NCBI RefSeq assembly: GCF_001194135.2
Contig: NC_068982.1
Coordinates: forward strand, 49,891,940 to 49,955,939
DNA length: 64,000 bases
Origin: Octopus bimaculoides
Taxonomy: Eukaryota
Direction: 5' to 3'
Position 1 is the stretch's first letter. Each line of letters starts with the position of its first letter. Of this stretch, positions 24,517-39,004 are shown piece by piece. The notes under the pieces are model-generated. The model had not been told where the DNA came from, did no database searches, and saw only the letters and a program-made list of their open reading frames with translations. The position numbers and the translations under genes were made by a program.

Positions 24517-26228
24517 ATTTAAAGCAACAATTTTTAAGGATCAAATCAATATGCTGTCCAACAATACTTGAAAACATTCAATCATCTTCTTCAGCATTGA
24601 TAAAATAATTACTGAATAATGAACTGAAGTGACTATTTTCTTTCACTTGAGTTTAATAAAATAAATATCTTTTATATAGTGATAACAAGTCAATAGACTT
24701 TTGAGACCCACATTGGTCATGAATGACCATGAGACTGCACCTAGAAACTTCCCCTTAGAGGTAGAAGCCTGGGCAAGGTTGTTTGTGGAAGACCAGCAGT
24801 CAACCATGCATACCAGTTTCTCCTCAAGACAAAAGCTGATACCGCTTGGCACCAGTGACATCCCAACTCATTTCTACAGCTGAGTGAACTGGTGCAATGT
24901 GAAATAAATGTCTTGCTCAAGAACACAACAAAGAGCAAGGTCTGGGAACTGAACTCACAATGCTCTAAGCACTGAGCCAAGCATCTTCACAAGTCAATAG
25001 ACTATTCCACCTTTGATATATTGATAATGGGTCAACGGACTGTTCTACCTTCCTGAAAAGAGGCTTGTACATTGGCAAAAAATGGAAGTAATAAAGTTAT
25101 AAAATTTTTTAAAGAAACAAGTAAATAAAATTATAATTTAAATCAAATTGTTGAAATCCATTTCCTTTGCATGAATTGTGAATTATATTTCCTGTCTGTA
25201 CATGTCATCAAAAATGGAAATGTTGAAAAGTCAGAAATTAGAAAGTGTAGATATATCGTGATTACATAAAAAAAAAAAAGAAAAAGTGTGCATGATGACG
25301 TGTTATTCTGACATAATACAGCACCATCGATAACTGGAATCTTTTCTAAGGTATCAAAATTTAAAAAAAAAAAACATTAAGATATTCTAATTATATGAAA
25401 CAGGTACAGTAGAATATCATTATGAAGTTGAGTTATTTTTTAACTGTTTTTTACATGCTTTCTCTCAATGCAGTTACGAAGGGAGGTATTATATGAAGTA
25501 AGATGGGGGGGGGGAGCCTCAGTCAGATTATTGTTAGGCAAGGATCATCATCATCATCATCGTCGTCGTCATCATCTCCATAACAACTGTTACCACAGCC
25601 ATCACCACCATCATCTAGAATGGGTTGTACAGTTTGTTACAGTCTGAGTCATTTCTTAAAGGAGTTACTGCTCCTAAAAACTGGTACTCTTTCATGGAAC
25701 CTTGTGTATCTGAGTTTCTTGAATAGGCACATTGTATCTGCAGACCTCAAAAGTTGACTAAATACAAGGGTGTCCAACCATAAAACACTGCAATAAAAAG
25801 TCTAGCAAGGAGAAGCAGATATATCAAAAATGACAATGACAATAGTGATGATAAGATGAGATTTTAATCTAAGATTTAAATCTGAAGGCATGAACAGAGG
25901 TACTTTAAGAAAGTTTGGTAGAGAAAGGGTTAAAGTAGTCTCATCTAAATATCTGTTTTATATCATTGTCATCATTATTTTAATGTTCACATTTCTATGT
26001 TTGCATGGGTCAGGGAGTTTATTGAGGCAGATTTTTTACAACCAAATGCTCTTCCTGTCGCCAACCCTCATCTGTTTCCAAGTGAGATAATATTTTTCTC
26101 ATGGCCAGCTATGTTCTCACAGAAAACTGAAACTGAATGACACTATATGTATGAGTAACTATCATTTGCAACTATCACATGATGTCAAGATAAGGGGACA
26201 CAAAAATACATTCACACGCAATATATAC

Positions 26229-26302
<74 letters not shown>

Positions 26303-26479
26303 ATGCATATATACATCATGTTGAACTGTTAATCTCTACACATTTCTTTTCTCACTCTGTTTCTTTTTTTGTTCTCTCTCTCAATGTTTTTCCTCTTAAC
26401 CATTTCTGTCGAAGAGCATAGGCTCAAAATGTCAAAGACTTTTCCATTCTTCCCAAGTGACAAACAAATACTGGGTTCT

Positions 26480-26790
26480 CTTGCTTCTGTGGCATGGTAC
26501 AGAGTCTTGTTGTCAGACATAAGGTCTTCCAGCAGCTACCTTCTTGACCCAGGGCAGGACTACCTCCTCCAGGCCCTTTATGTAGGCCTCTGTACTGAAT
26601 GTGAGGCCATGTGGGAAGATGAATGGAGGTATAACATCACCATCACTAGTGATCACTCCAAACATCATGATGTTGACTGTATGTTTGAATTTTATTACTC
26701 TCAGTAAATGTTTTGGGGACAAGGTAAGCCAACAGATGTTCTGTGTGTTCACCATCTGATCCTGGCAGAAATCTTTCTTGTCTGAGAATA
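26480..26790 (-). mobile_element. Tc1/mariner DD37D (maT-like) transposase fragment
   Basis: FSDKKDFCQDQMVNTQN...KHTVNIMMFGVITSDGDVIPPFIF...EEVVLPWVKKVAAGRPYV*QQDS.PCH. Confidence 0.8.
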
Positions 26791-27788
26791 ATCAAAGCCT
26801 GTTTGGCTGGAGGGGAGAATAATCAAAGCATGTTTGGTTGATAACTGATGAAGAATTGGAGCCCTACTGTATCTATCTCCCATCTGATTGTACACTCAGT
26901 ATACTTACACATTTTTTATCTGTCGTTTATTTACAATGCATTTTTTTTTTATATATATGAAGTAATAGAACACAATACACCTCAATTTTTATTAATGGTA
27001 AGTGTTATATATCTGCGACTCTATTCTTGCCTTCACTCTTTCTCCTTTTCTATCTCTTGCCTCTTACTTCTATTTCTAGTCTTCCCACTTTCCCTTTTTT
27101 TTCTCTCTCTCTCTCAACCTCTCGCATCTGTATCCTTTCTCCTTTTCCCCCCTTCACTCCTTCACTTATTTTCTCTCTGTCACTCTCTCTTCCTCTCCCT
27201 TGCACTCTTTCTCCTCTACCTGCTGCTGACACATAACCCATGGCCAGCTTTCCTTTCATTCTCTCCCTTTTACACAATGGTTACGTACTGACTGATCAGA
27301 TAATTTCCCTGTGTCCTATTTGCTGTTTACTGTATCCTTTAGGATTTCTTCTAAATGTTACCCACAATTCTTGTCTTTTTGGCCCTAAGGCTGTATTTTG
27401 TGCATTTCCCATTTATTTCATCTTTGTCCATCAGCTTAAGTTATATTTATTTTTACTTTTGTATGGCCATTCTGTGTTGTTTTGTTTGCTTGAGGCCCTA
27501 CATTCTTCATGGCTTTTGCAGGCACCGCCAGCATGGGAAGTTCTCAGTTTTATCATTAATGGTGCAAAACTGAGTATTACCATTTGGTTGATAACTGATG
27601 AAGAATTAGGGACCCTCTGTATCTGTCTCCTATCCAGTTGCACATGCTGTATACATATACCTTTTTAATCTGTCGTTTAATTACAATGCATTTTTTCATT
27701 TTTAAGTGACAGTCCACAACACACCCCAACTATTATTAACAGTAAGTTTTATATATATATAAATACACACACACATACACATACACAC

Positions 27789-27843
<55 letters not shown>

Positions 27844-28046
27844 NNNNNNNNNNGTATATATAAAAGCAAAGTAGTTGGTGTGTTTACATCCCCATAACTT
27901 AGCGGTTCAGCAAAAGAGACTGATAGAATAAGTACTAGGCTTACAAAGAATAAGTCCTGGGGTCAATTTGTTCTACTAAAGGCAGTGCTCCAGCACGGCC
28001 ACAGTCAAATGACTGAATCAAATAAAAAGAATAAAAGAATATATAA

Positions 28047-28094
<48 letters not shown>

Positions 28095-28239
28095 CGAGTT
28101 CCTAGGTTTCATTAACTGAATCCACTCACAAGGTTTAGTCGGCCCAGAACTACCAAAGGTGCTGTGCAGTATGACTAAACTTGAAACTATGTGGTTAAGG
28201 AGCAAACTTCTTACCACATAACTATGCCTGCACTTTGTG

Positions 28240-28280
<41 letters not shown>

Positions 28281-28776
28281 TGTTTTTTATCCCTTATAAA
28301 CTATGTGAACAACAGTCAAAAATATTTTCATTTCATGTTTAAAACTGCTAGAATAACGGAAAACATTAAAATTAAATATTTCTGATTCTGTGCTGGAATG
28401 AAACTCATGTTTCTTGTTGAAATAATTGATAACCTAAAACATTTCATTTGTCTTGACATGAAATTTTATGAGCCATGGCATATTTAGAAATATACAAAAT
28501 TAAAAAAGAAAAAAAAAAGATTATTTTCATGTAGTTCACGACTGCTACAGAATATGATAATAAAATGTAGACAGGTGAGGAATTATTTCTTTTAAATCAA
28601 AATACTTTCTGTTATTGTTTTTGTTATTGTTATTTTGCCAAGACCATCCTGTCATTTCAGACATACTCTGTTTCAAACTACATTATCCATTATGTCCTTC
28701 TTTTCTTACAGACAGCAAGGTGTGGTTTTAGGGAGATTTGGTTGCTATTTTTAGCAGATTGAGCGACCATATAGAG

Positions 28777-29280
28777 CAGTGATTTTTAACCCTTTTTTTT
28801 TTTTTGTAGCACCCATTTGTAAGCAGTAGTTATGCCTAGCACCTACCTAAGTGGCAAGTGAGGTATCATGACTAAACTAACTTGACATCAATGTTGATTT
28901 ATAAATTTTATTCTAAAAATGGACTGTATGAGCTTTTAACAGTTAAACGATAAAAAATTATTAAAGACAAAAATTGTTAACTTAATTAATACATTGCAAG
29001 TTATATAACATCAAAAATTAATCAATGCAAGAAATATAACATTAAAAATTAATTATTCTTGTTCAAACATGTCTTTTGAAAGGATATATACTTATCTCTC
29101 ACTTTATTTTAATACCTTTTAAATGTTTTATCATGTAAAATATAATTACTACAGTAGATAAAATTTAGTGTGTTAATTATGTTACTTCACTGGCCCCTGA
29201 CTGCCCCTTGAGGACAAGCACTTCCTTTAACATGCCCAGTGCCTCTTTGGGGACAGTAGGAGCCACGTTGAGAACATCTG
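28777..29280. mobile_element. hAT-like non-autonomous element nested in another repeat
   Basis: TIRs cagtgatttttaac / gttgagaacatctg and an 8-bp TSD atatagag / atgtagag (7 of 8). Confidence 0.7.
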
Positions 29281-31376
29281 ATGTAGAGGTTCTCTAATTA
29301 GTGTGTGGTATGTCTACATAGGGATAGGTTAGGCTGTTGGGACTGCAGTCTTAAGCACATGAGTTCAATTCTCTTACCAGGCAGCACACTGAGTTCTTGA
29401 GCAAGGCATGTCATTTCACATTATTCTACAGAAAATGAAGTACATCTGCTACAGAGTGGCACCTCACAGACTACTAACCCAAAACCATGCAAATGCCAGA
29501 TGCCACTAGTCCACCATGGCTATGGCATACCAGATGATAGTTGATGATGTATATGTAGGCAAATAATATACTTTCTATTATAGGCACAAGGCCTGAAATG
29601 TTTGCAGGAGAGGGAAAGTTGATTACATTTCCCCAGTGCACAACTGGTACTTATTTCATCAATCCTGAAAAGATGAAAGGCTAAGTCAAACTTGGTGGAA
29701 TTTGAGGCAGATAATATAGGTGGGATATAGGAACAGGTATGGTTGTGGTAAGAAGTTTGCTTCCCAAGCAGAAGGTTCTGAATTCAGTTTAGTCCCACTG
29801 TGTGGCACCTTGGGCATATACAAACACACATGTAAATCAATAGGGTTATAATTATACATAATGAAATATCATGTAGGATATCATTTCTTTTACGTAGTTT
29901 TGCTTACTGAATATCACTTTTATTTTCGAGCATGTAAAACTATCTGGATATTAAAAAATCAAAGGCTACCAGTGGAAATTGAACTCACATCACTTGTAGA
30001 CATAACAGGCATTCTACCATTGGACCAAAGCAACCCTCCAGATTTCACTATCCATTACGTGTGCTAAGAAAAGACTTAGTTCAAGTTCTCCCAAAACTCA
30101 ATAAATTCTTATGATGTCAACATCACCATCATCATTTAATATCTGTTTTCCATGCTGACTCCATACTGGCATGGGCTGGATGGTTTGACAGGAGCTGTCC
30201 AGGCTCCATTTGTCTGTTTTGGTATGGTTTCTACAGCTGGGTACCCTTGCTAAAGCCAAGCACTTTACAGAGCATGTTGGGTACTTTTTATAGGGAACTA
30301 GAAGCATACAATTCTCAATAGCAAGAGTAATGTATACAGACATTCAAAGAATTCCTTTGGTTCAACAGGAATTACAAGAGACATGGGTTCAAGTTCAATG
30401 GGTGACCTTTGCCTTTTTTCTATCTAAAACAAGTTTTTCAGTCCAATCTGCACGTGCTGTTATTTATAGATTTATTTAAGTTTCAAGATCCACTGTTCCA
30501 CAAAAAACAAAAAGGATGATTTCACATTCTCTCAAAAGCTTATAAATTCCTATTCATTATCAATGGTTTACTGCAAATCTTCAACAAAGTTGTATTTTGG
30601 ATTGGTCAAAATTTGAAAAGTATAATCTATCAAAACCATGATCTTTTGCCATATCTCTGCAAATCTCAATTTTCTAAGATCTGATCTAACTATCTTGGCC
30701 TTTCTCACATGTCAGCCAATCTTTGCTATTCTTTGGAAATTGCATGCAGCATCTCTAACAATAAAATCTTCATGTTTGTATCATTTACGTTTTCTTTATA
30801 GATAAGTCAACCTATCTCTAAACTTTACATGTCACACATTCAACTGCAAGATTCAATACTAATTATATATAAACAGTAGTACATGAAACTAAACACTGAT
30901 ACATGAATATGAAGATAAACAACAGATGAATCAATATCTCTTGTTGCTCCAGAACAAGAAATAAATGGATCATGCCACCAAAAGGTTTAACTGTAACAGA
31001 CTATTTAACATCTATCTTTTAATCAAACTATTTCTTCTAGGAATGGCTGCATATTTTCTCATAGTCATAAGGTTAAAAAGTTGTCTTTACAGCTACATCA
31101 TTCCAGGTCTGATTCAATTGCTCAGTAACATAGGCAAATGTCAACTGCTATTGCCTCAGGTGAACCAAAGACTTCCAAATGAAATATTGTACATAGAAAC
31201 TATACAGAAATCTGTCAGACAGTATATATACTATATATATACTTATATATATAAATATATATATACATATATATATATACATAATACAAATAATATGTGA
31301 ATATATGCATATATACGTGCATGTATATACATACCTACATCTACATGTATATATAGATGCATATCTAAGTTTTAAC

Positions 31377-31425
<49 letters not shown>

Positions 31426-32466
31426 NNNNNNNNNNCTTGACTGCCACCCATGCTGGAGCACCACTTTAAAGGGTTTTAGTTGAAGAAATCAACTTAGTAC
31501 TTATTCTATCGGTCTCCTTTACTGAACTGATAAATTATGGGGACATAAATGCACCAACACCAGTTGGGAAGTGATGGTGGTGGGGACAAACACACACACA
31601 CACACGCAAATACATACACACACATATATGTATATACAAAACTGACTTCCTTCCATTTCCATCTACCAAATCCATTCACAAGGCTTTGGTTGGCCCAAGG
31701 CTATAGTAGAAGACATTTGCCCAAGGTGCCATGTAGTGGGACTGAACTTGCAACCATGTGGTTGGTAAACAAGCTTCTTACCATACAGCCATATGTATGC
31801 ATATATATATAGTGAATCGTCCACTCTGCTGGGTGGTTAGGAAGGGCATCCAACCATGCCAAAACAGACACAGAAGTCGGGTGGAATCTTCTGCCTGGTC
31901 AGCTCCAGTCAAACCGTCCAGCCTGTTTCAGCATGGAAAAGCGAGCATTAAACGATGACGATGATGAATCAAAGAGAACGTTGGGGTCAGAAGATCAAGG
32001 AAGGTGCATCATCGCCACCACCACCACCACCATCATCATCATTTAATGTGCATGTTTTATACTGGCATGGTGTACATGATTTGATAGGCACTAATGAGTA
32101 CACCTATGTCTGTTTTGGCATGGTCTCTATAGTTGGATGCCCTTTCTAATGCTAACCAATTTCCAGTGTGTGCTAGGTGCAGTTTTTAGTGACACCAAAA
32201 CTAATGAGGTCATCATGCATGAGGTCACCGTGCAGCCTACAAGTCTAAGATCCCCCTTCAAATGAGTGGGGATACAGTACCCTTTTTGATTTAAAAAAAA
32301 AAAATTTTATGTGAAAATAAAAAAAAAAATTAATAGGAAAACGGTGACAACTATAGAAATTGAATAGGGCTGATGAGTGGCTAATGACACATATGAGTTA
32401 GAGGTGATGACTGACAGTGCAGAAAAATTGTGAAGAACAGTAGAATAATAATAATAATAATAATTA

Positions 32467-32505
<39 letters not shown>

Positions 32506-32722
32506 GTCTAAAATTTTTCCAAAAGGGTAGCAGTTTTGGGGGGAGGGGATGAGTCATTTACATCAACCCCAGCGTTCAACCAGTACTTATTTTTATCAAC
32601 CCTGAAAGGATGAAAGGTAAAGTTGAGCTCAGTAGAATTTGAACTCAGAACATAACGACAGGCAAAATACTGCTGAGCATTTCATCCAACATGCTAATGA
32701 TTCTGCCGGCTCACCACCTCAG

Positions 32723-32753
<31 letters not shown>

Positions 32754-33332
32754 ACAGTGGGCAGGAGAAGAATGAAAGATATGAGACAGAGAGAGAGAGA
32801 GGAAGGAGACACCATGCAGATAGGTAAGTTGTAAGGGTGTGGTGTAATTACAGTGAAGCAGGGGAGAGATTATGAGATATATGGTGGTGGAGGGGAGATA
32901 ATTTGGTGACTCAGGAGAGTGATCAATGTATAAGAATGGCAGAGAAGACAGTATTAGGAACAAGGGCATGGATATCAGGTGACATGGTTCTGTGTGAGTA
33001 AGGGAAAAGATGGTGAAGTATACAGTTGTTCTGTTCACATTTAATAACAGCAGCAGATTAGTGCAGTTAGAGAGAAATAATGGATGGTGGGTATGTCTCA
33101 AGGAGGAAACTGAGTAAGGGGACTCATTTATATATATTCTTTAATTCTTTTATTCTTCTATGCATTTCAGCCCAAAGGCCATGGCCATGCAGGAGCACCA
33201 CCTTTTGCATGGCTATTTTTATGTGGTTGGCTTTTGATGAAGAAGGGACTTTGATATTGCTACCCTTTTCTAAGTTTTTTGCTCTAAGACTTCGGTCATC
33301 TAAGACACTGGAAAACAGGAAGTAAAGCTGTG

Positions 33333-33363
<31 letters not shown>

Positions 33364-33373
33364 NNNNNNNNNN

Positions 33374-33407
<34 letters not shown>

Positions 33408-33570
33408 GCACACATTCACACATTCTGCTTCCAGAATCTCAGTTTCTCCAAGATGGACAAAGATAATAATGACTTATAATATAAGTGTGTGTCTGTGTGC
33501 ATGTACAGTCTGTATGTCTTGGCATTTTGCTGCTTACGAAATTAATAAAACATGTACAAAGGTATCGATA

Positions 33571-33870
33571 GAGGAAGAGGAAGAGGAGAAGCAGAAGGAG
33601 GATAAGTAAAAGGAGGAGAAGCAGAAGGAGGAGAAGCAGAAGGAGGAGAAGTAAAAGGAGGAGAAGCAGGAGGAGGGGAAACAGGCAGAGGAGAAGCAGG
33701 AGGAGGAGAAGCAGAAGAAGGAGGGGAAGCAGAAGAAGGAGGGGAAGCAGGAGGAGGAAAAGCAGGAGGAGGAGAAGCACGAGGAGGAGGGGAAGCAAGA
33801 GGAGGAGGAGAAGCAGGAGAAGCAGGAGAAAGAGGAGAAGCAGAAGCAGGAGGAGGAGGATGAGGAGGAG
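33571..33870. repeat. GA-rich minisatellite built on an approximately 15-bp unit (gaggagaagcagaag)
   Basis: About 20 degenerate units with strict 3-nt periodicity. Confidence 0.85.
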
Positions 33871-35554
33871 GTGACAATGATGAAGAACCTTATTATTAAA
33901 GTACCCAAAGGTGGCAAACTGGTACAATCACTAGCGTGCTCCACACAATGCTAAGTAGCATTTCTTCTGGCCTCAGAGTTCAAGTTCAACCAAGACTGAC
34001 CTAGCCATTCATCTTGGGTCAATAAAATAAGTACTAGTCAAGCATCAGGGTCGGCATAATCAGCTAGTGCCCTCTCACCAAATTTCAGGCCTCGTGTCTA
34101 TAGTAGAAAGAATTATTAAAGTATTCCAACTAGCTACATCTGACTATTGTACTTTCCCCTTTACAAAACTAACGTTGTGCTTAGACAAATTAATGGACTA
34201 TCTTTCAGTTGATTAACTCATTACATTGTGGCCATGATGTAGCAACTGCTTTGAAGGATTTTTAGTCAGGCATTGTTTCTAGGATAATTTTAAAGCCTGG
34301 TACTAATTTTGGTGGTCTTTCAGTACTAAAGCCTGGTACTAATTTTGGTGGTCTCAGACTGCTAAGTTAAGGGACATAGACAACATTATTTAACATCCAT
34401 TGTTCATGCTAGCATGTACTGGACAGTTTAACCAGAGCTGGCAATCTAGGAAGCTGCACCAGGTTCTAGTCTGATTTGGCAAGGTTTTTTCAGCTGGATG
34501 CCCTTCCTAACACCAGTAACTTTACAAAGTTTGCAGGGTGTTTTTACATGACACCATGCAGGTGCTTTTATGTGGCACCGCACAGGTGTTTTTACATGGC
34601 ACCTAACTGGCGCTTTTACGTGACACTGTACAGGCACTTTTACATGACACTTTTACAAGACTTTAGCAGGTCAATCCTCTCCACCAATGGGACCAGACTT
34701 AACACTTCTGTTGTAGAGCACAGGCCTTCTCAAGTACAGCAATGCACCAGGCATCCTGGTCCTCTGTCATTTCAACAGAAAGGTTCAGCATCCTGAGGCC
34801 ATGGTGCCACTGTTAAAACAGAAATACATACAGACACATAAAATCACACACATACACACTCTAGGCTTCCACAAAATTTCCATCTACCTATTTCCCTCAG
34901 AGGACACTTGTGGGCTCAAGGTTATATGTAACAGAAGGTACATGGTTGAGGTACCGAACAACAGAACTGAACCCAAGACCACATTGTTGTGAAGCAAACT
35001 TCTTAACTACACAGCTGTGCCTGTACCCATGAGTCTATCATTGGTGCTTACTTTATTCACACTTCTTCAAAAGATTAAAAATGCCAACTTTGGCTGGAAT
35101 TGAACTCAAAATCATTAGGCAACAAAGTCCACACTGATAAGTATCAAGTTCTACCCTTAAGCATATACTCTATTTCTATTATAATTCTCTCTTACACAAT
35201 CGTATATTATAACAGAGAAGCAGATCTCCATCTGTCTGTCCGTCACAAGATATATGTGAAGGAGCAGAAGAAGGGGAGGAATCAAAAGTGAGGATAACTC
35301 TTGTCACAACACATATTAAGAAGGAGAAGAGAAAAAGTTGCCGAGAGAGAAATACAGAGAGACAGAGAGTTAGTGTGTGTGATAGAGATAGATAGATAGA
35401 TAGATAGATTGTTGTTATCATAGTAACTAATGAGGCTTTCACTATATAACAGTCTATTGAGACAAGGTATGTACATGATCAACAAATATTTTTACTGACA
35501 GCCAAGCAATAGATAAAGACCTATGGAAGTATTAAAAGTTGTTATTTTACTTAC

Positions 35555-36170
35555 CATTTGCTGAAGTATTGTCAAGAGGTAATTTTTGTGAATGTTTTGG
35601 AGAAGAATTTTGATCATTTTCAGAAAATAGCACATCCCAAGGGTCTTTTTGGTTGGAAATTTTCAATTTAGGTCGGGGAGAACAGGTTTTCCTTGACGGA
35701 CATGGAGATTTACTTTTCGCAGAGCTAGGTTTTTTTGATGTGAGGAGTGAAAAACTGAGATCTTTGCTGTCGTCAATAACTTCTCCATGAGAATTAGTTA
35801 AAGGAAGGTTATGTTTTCTGGAAACAGGATGACCAGCACTGAGTGGGGGTGATAAAGGAGAAAGTGAAATGGATCTCTTTCTACCACGTGACGGACATCG
35901 AGAATTAGGCGCTGAAGAGGCAGTGTCTCTTTTGCGTAAGGTTTTGGCTAAATCACTGTCAATAGAGTTATGCCTCGTTAGATTATTATTGTTGCTTAGT
36001 GTTAATGGTTCCAGAGAAGGTGAAGAGGAACGATTATTAGAAGAGACACCTAATTCAATAGAGGTGCTAAAATCAAAGATATGATTGCCACAACCTTTGT
36101 CAACACTCCCACTATACAATAATTTGTCATTGATGAAAACTTTAATGAGATTCACACCAATGTTGAGGTC
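35555..36170 (-). CDS. KATNIP: KATNIP exon (616 nt): DLNIGVNLIKVFINDKLLYSGSVDKGCGNHIFDF followed by a Ser/Pro/Lys-rich disordered region ending ..NTSANG
   Basis: End of the DUF4457 domain (DL.IG..V K....L...G..DKG). Acceptor ttttcttcttttgtcag|, donor aatg|gtaagt, phase 0 to 1. Matches the 202-aa ORF 35547..36155. Confidence 0.92.
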
Positions 36171-37345
36171 CTGACAAAAGAAGAAAAGTAATTACGTCTT
36201 AATAACTTTTTTCAGATGGAAAATACAAAATAAAAATTTAACTAAAATTAAATTTCCAGTTAACGAAAAAAAAAGTATTCAAGTATTTTTCTAGAATTCT
36301 TATTTAAATTATTTAGCACAAAATTATTCACAATATTTTAATTATAAAACCAACATTTATAAACCAGCATTTACAAATCCATTGTGCAACTATGGAATAA
36401 ACTGAATGCCAAACAAGATTATTGAGATTTTCATTATGACAAAAATACTTAATACATAAATGACAGTAAAATAAATAAATGTTTGCAGCACACATTTAGC
36501 TTATTAATAAAGTTGATTTAGCAAGCAGAATCGCAATTACAGGAAGAAATACATAAGATTAGAAAACAGTGAAGTGTCAATGGTTAACCAATTTCTGAAA
36601 CTTGCCTTGAAGCTCTGTGGCTTAAATAGGTTTAGAGTGAACTGTAAATGGATGTTCATCTCACTGTTTAGGTAATCAAATATAGAGTACAGCATTGCTG
36701 AGGAAACATACATACATGTGTGTATGTATATGTCAAGATGTGTGTCCATTGCGAGATCAACCCTTTAAAAACATAGTTACAATGCACTCTTCATATATAC
36801 ACAAGCATGCTTGTAGTAAATGTATATCCTTTTATTTGTTTCAGTCATTTGACTGGGGCCATGCTGGAGCACCGCCTTTAGTCAAACAAATTGCCGCCAG
36901 GACTTATTCGTTCTAAGCCTAGTACTTATTCTATCGGTCTCTTTTGCCAAACTGGGATGTAAACACACCAAAATTGTCAAGCGATGTGGGGGGGACAAAC
37001 ACAGACACACAAACGTATACATATATATATAATCTTAATTCTTCATTTCAACATGTATATCAGATTTACTAAATGCTTTCCTTAAAATATATATTTTCTT
37101 TTCAGAAAATAAAATAAAATATTGAGAAACATCCATATAAAATAAGTACATTCCATATGTAACAATACAATAAAATAAACTGCCTTCTCAAAGGATTTAT
37201 ATCTCAAAAATAAATCAGATAGCTACCACGCAATAAGTAACTTTGCCAACAACAATGCTTGCTTCATTCACGTATGAGTGAACTGACATTGAACCATTCT
37301 TGGCTTCATTAATGCATAAGCTATCACAAAGTGAGAAATACTTAC

Positions 37346-37474
37346 TTTCAAACTGTGATTGTAATTCCATAACTTGATTTTTGACAAATTCTTTTCAGCC
37401 AAAGGGTGTATTGTGATCATAACTGGGGCTGTATCACTTCTGTCACAACTCCACATATTTTTCAGTTTACTTGT
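37346..37474 (-). CDS. KATNIP: KATNIP exon (129 nt): TSKLKNMWSCDRSDTAPVMITIHPLAEKNLSKIKLWNYNHSLK
   Basis: DUF4457 motifs MW.C and IKLWNYN. Acceptor cattgcag|, donor aaa|gtaagt, phase 0 to 0. Confidence 0.92.
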
Positions 37475-37935
37475 CTGCAATGATATACATACAGATATTC
37501 ACACACTTGATTCTATACACACACACACACACACATATATATATGAGTAATGGAGAAACAGACAGACAGATAAAGATAAACAGGTGAACATGTACACATA
37601 GTGATAGATAGAGAAACAGAGAGGTAGATAAATGACGATAGACAGGTAAATATTTGTAAAGATATATATATACATCATCAGTAAATTATAACTCCGAAAG
37701 AGAAGAACGCTCTAAATAATTGAGTAGTAGAGTATCAAGATAAAGATAGTCATGGCCAGATCAAAAGTCGAGAGTCGCAGATGAACATACCTCACAGCAA
37801 GAGGTGCAAATGAGGGTAGTGACATGAAACTCCATTCCTCACCAAGCGCCACATATTAGATGAGGCTCTCAGTAATAACAGCATAGCAAAACACCGGTGC
37901 ACCAGCATGGCCACAGCTCTGAGCTGAAACTACAA

Positions 37936-37979
<44 letters not shown>

Positions 37980-38321
37980 TCAAAATAGTATCAGCTCGAT
38001 GCAAGTCCTTAGTGAGTAGTTTTCATTTCAGCGATTTCCTTCTCCTAGGTGGATTGTATTCACTACAACTGGTGAGCACCATCTGCCCTTGACTATAATG
38101 GATGACTGTTGACTCTCCTGAGTTCCTCCACCCTTTGATGTTTCTTGTTCTTTATCCTACAGGGTATCCAAAAATCACTCTCCTCCCTAAGCAAGCTCGG
38201 TGGAGGGTCATTGGTTTAGTTCCCAATGACCTGACATAGACATACATGTATGATGACGATGATGATAGACTCTCCCACTGAAGAGACACATATACATATA
38301 TAATTACACACACACACACAG

Positions 38322-38370
<49 letters not shown>

Positions 38371-39004
38371 TATTTAAAAGCTTTTGTGAAAATTACTTAA
38401 TACAGTTACAATAATTTTAAAAAAAGATGTTTCAAAACTTATTACCTACTTTAAAAAATAATTCTAAACAATTCCTTTTAAAGTTGTTTAAATCAAAACT
38501 TTTTGTAAATAGTTAATGACTTTTAAAAATTCTTATTCTAATTTCAAATATATATGTACATATATACACATACACACACATAAATATATCATTTAACGTC
38601 AGTCTTCATTGCATGGTTTCACACGCACACACACACACATATACCTATACCAATGCAATCACACAACTACATATATACTAATACTTATTTCAAAGTAAAA
38701 TATATATATTTATATTGTACACTGTTCAACTTTCCAGCCTCTGTAGTTTCAACAAAAACCACAAGTTTATTGATCAAACAATCCTGACAATCAATTCTTG
38801 GCACTTTTTCACCAAGTTCTAAGAAAGGAGTCTATTCATGCAAGGTGAACATGTTCAAAAGAAAGATTTATTGTGGTAAACTTCAAAATAAATTGAAATA
38901 TTTGCTGTTTTAAAAAAAAACTACATCTATTTTCTTATCATTCAGAAAAGTAAGTTGGAATTTGATATTTCACAAAAGTTATGATAATATAGTAATTTCA
39001 CTCT

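Noticed and set aside
26830-27750. Diverged direct repeat (about 26830-27000 versus 27580-27750)
   Set aside because: Most likely two old copies of the same DNA-transposon flank; no added structure is evident.
33202-33307. Exon-like segment with a strong acceptor (VLDDRSLRAKNLEK...)
   Set aside because: The open frame needs phase 2 but the upstream exon ends in phase 1, and the donor is a weak GTGGTG within a SINE tail.
34540-34655. Short regularly spaced repeats (ttttacatg(g/a)cacc...) resembling a CRISPR array
   Set aside because: Eukaryotic context, no unique spacers and no cas genes. The same motif array occurs inside other family C retroposon copies (about 520-680 and 54180-54290).
37990-38240. 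Possible RTE 5' UTR with a hairpin (ggtcattgg/ccaatgacc), examined as a ribozyme
   Set aside because: Only simple hairpins were found, with no nested double pseudoknot or hammerhead core; the family assignment is too weak to list.
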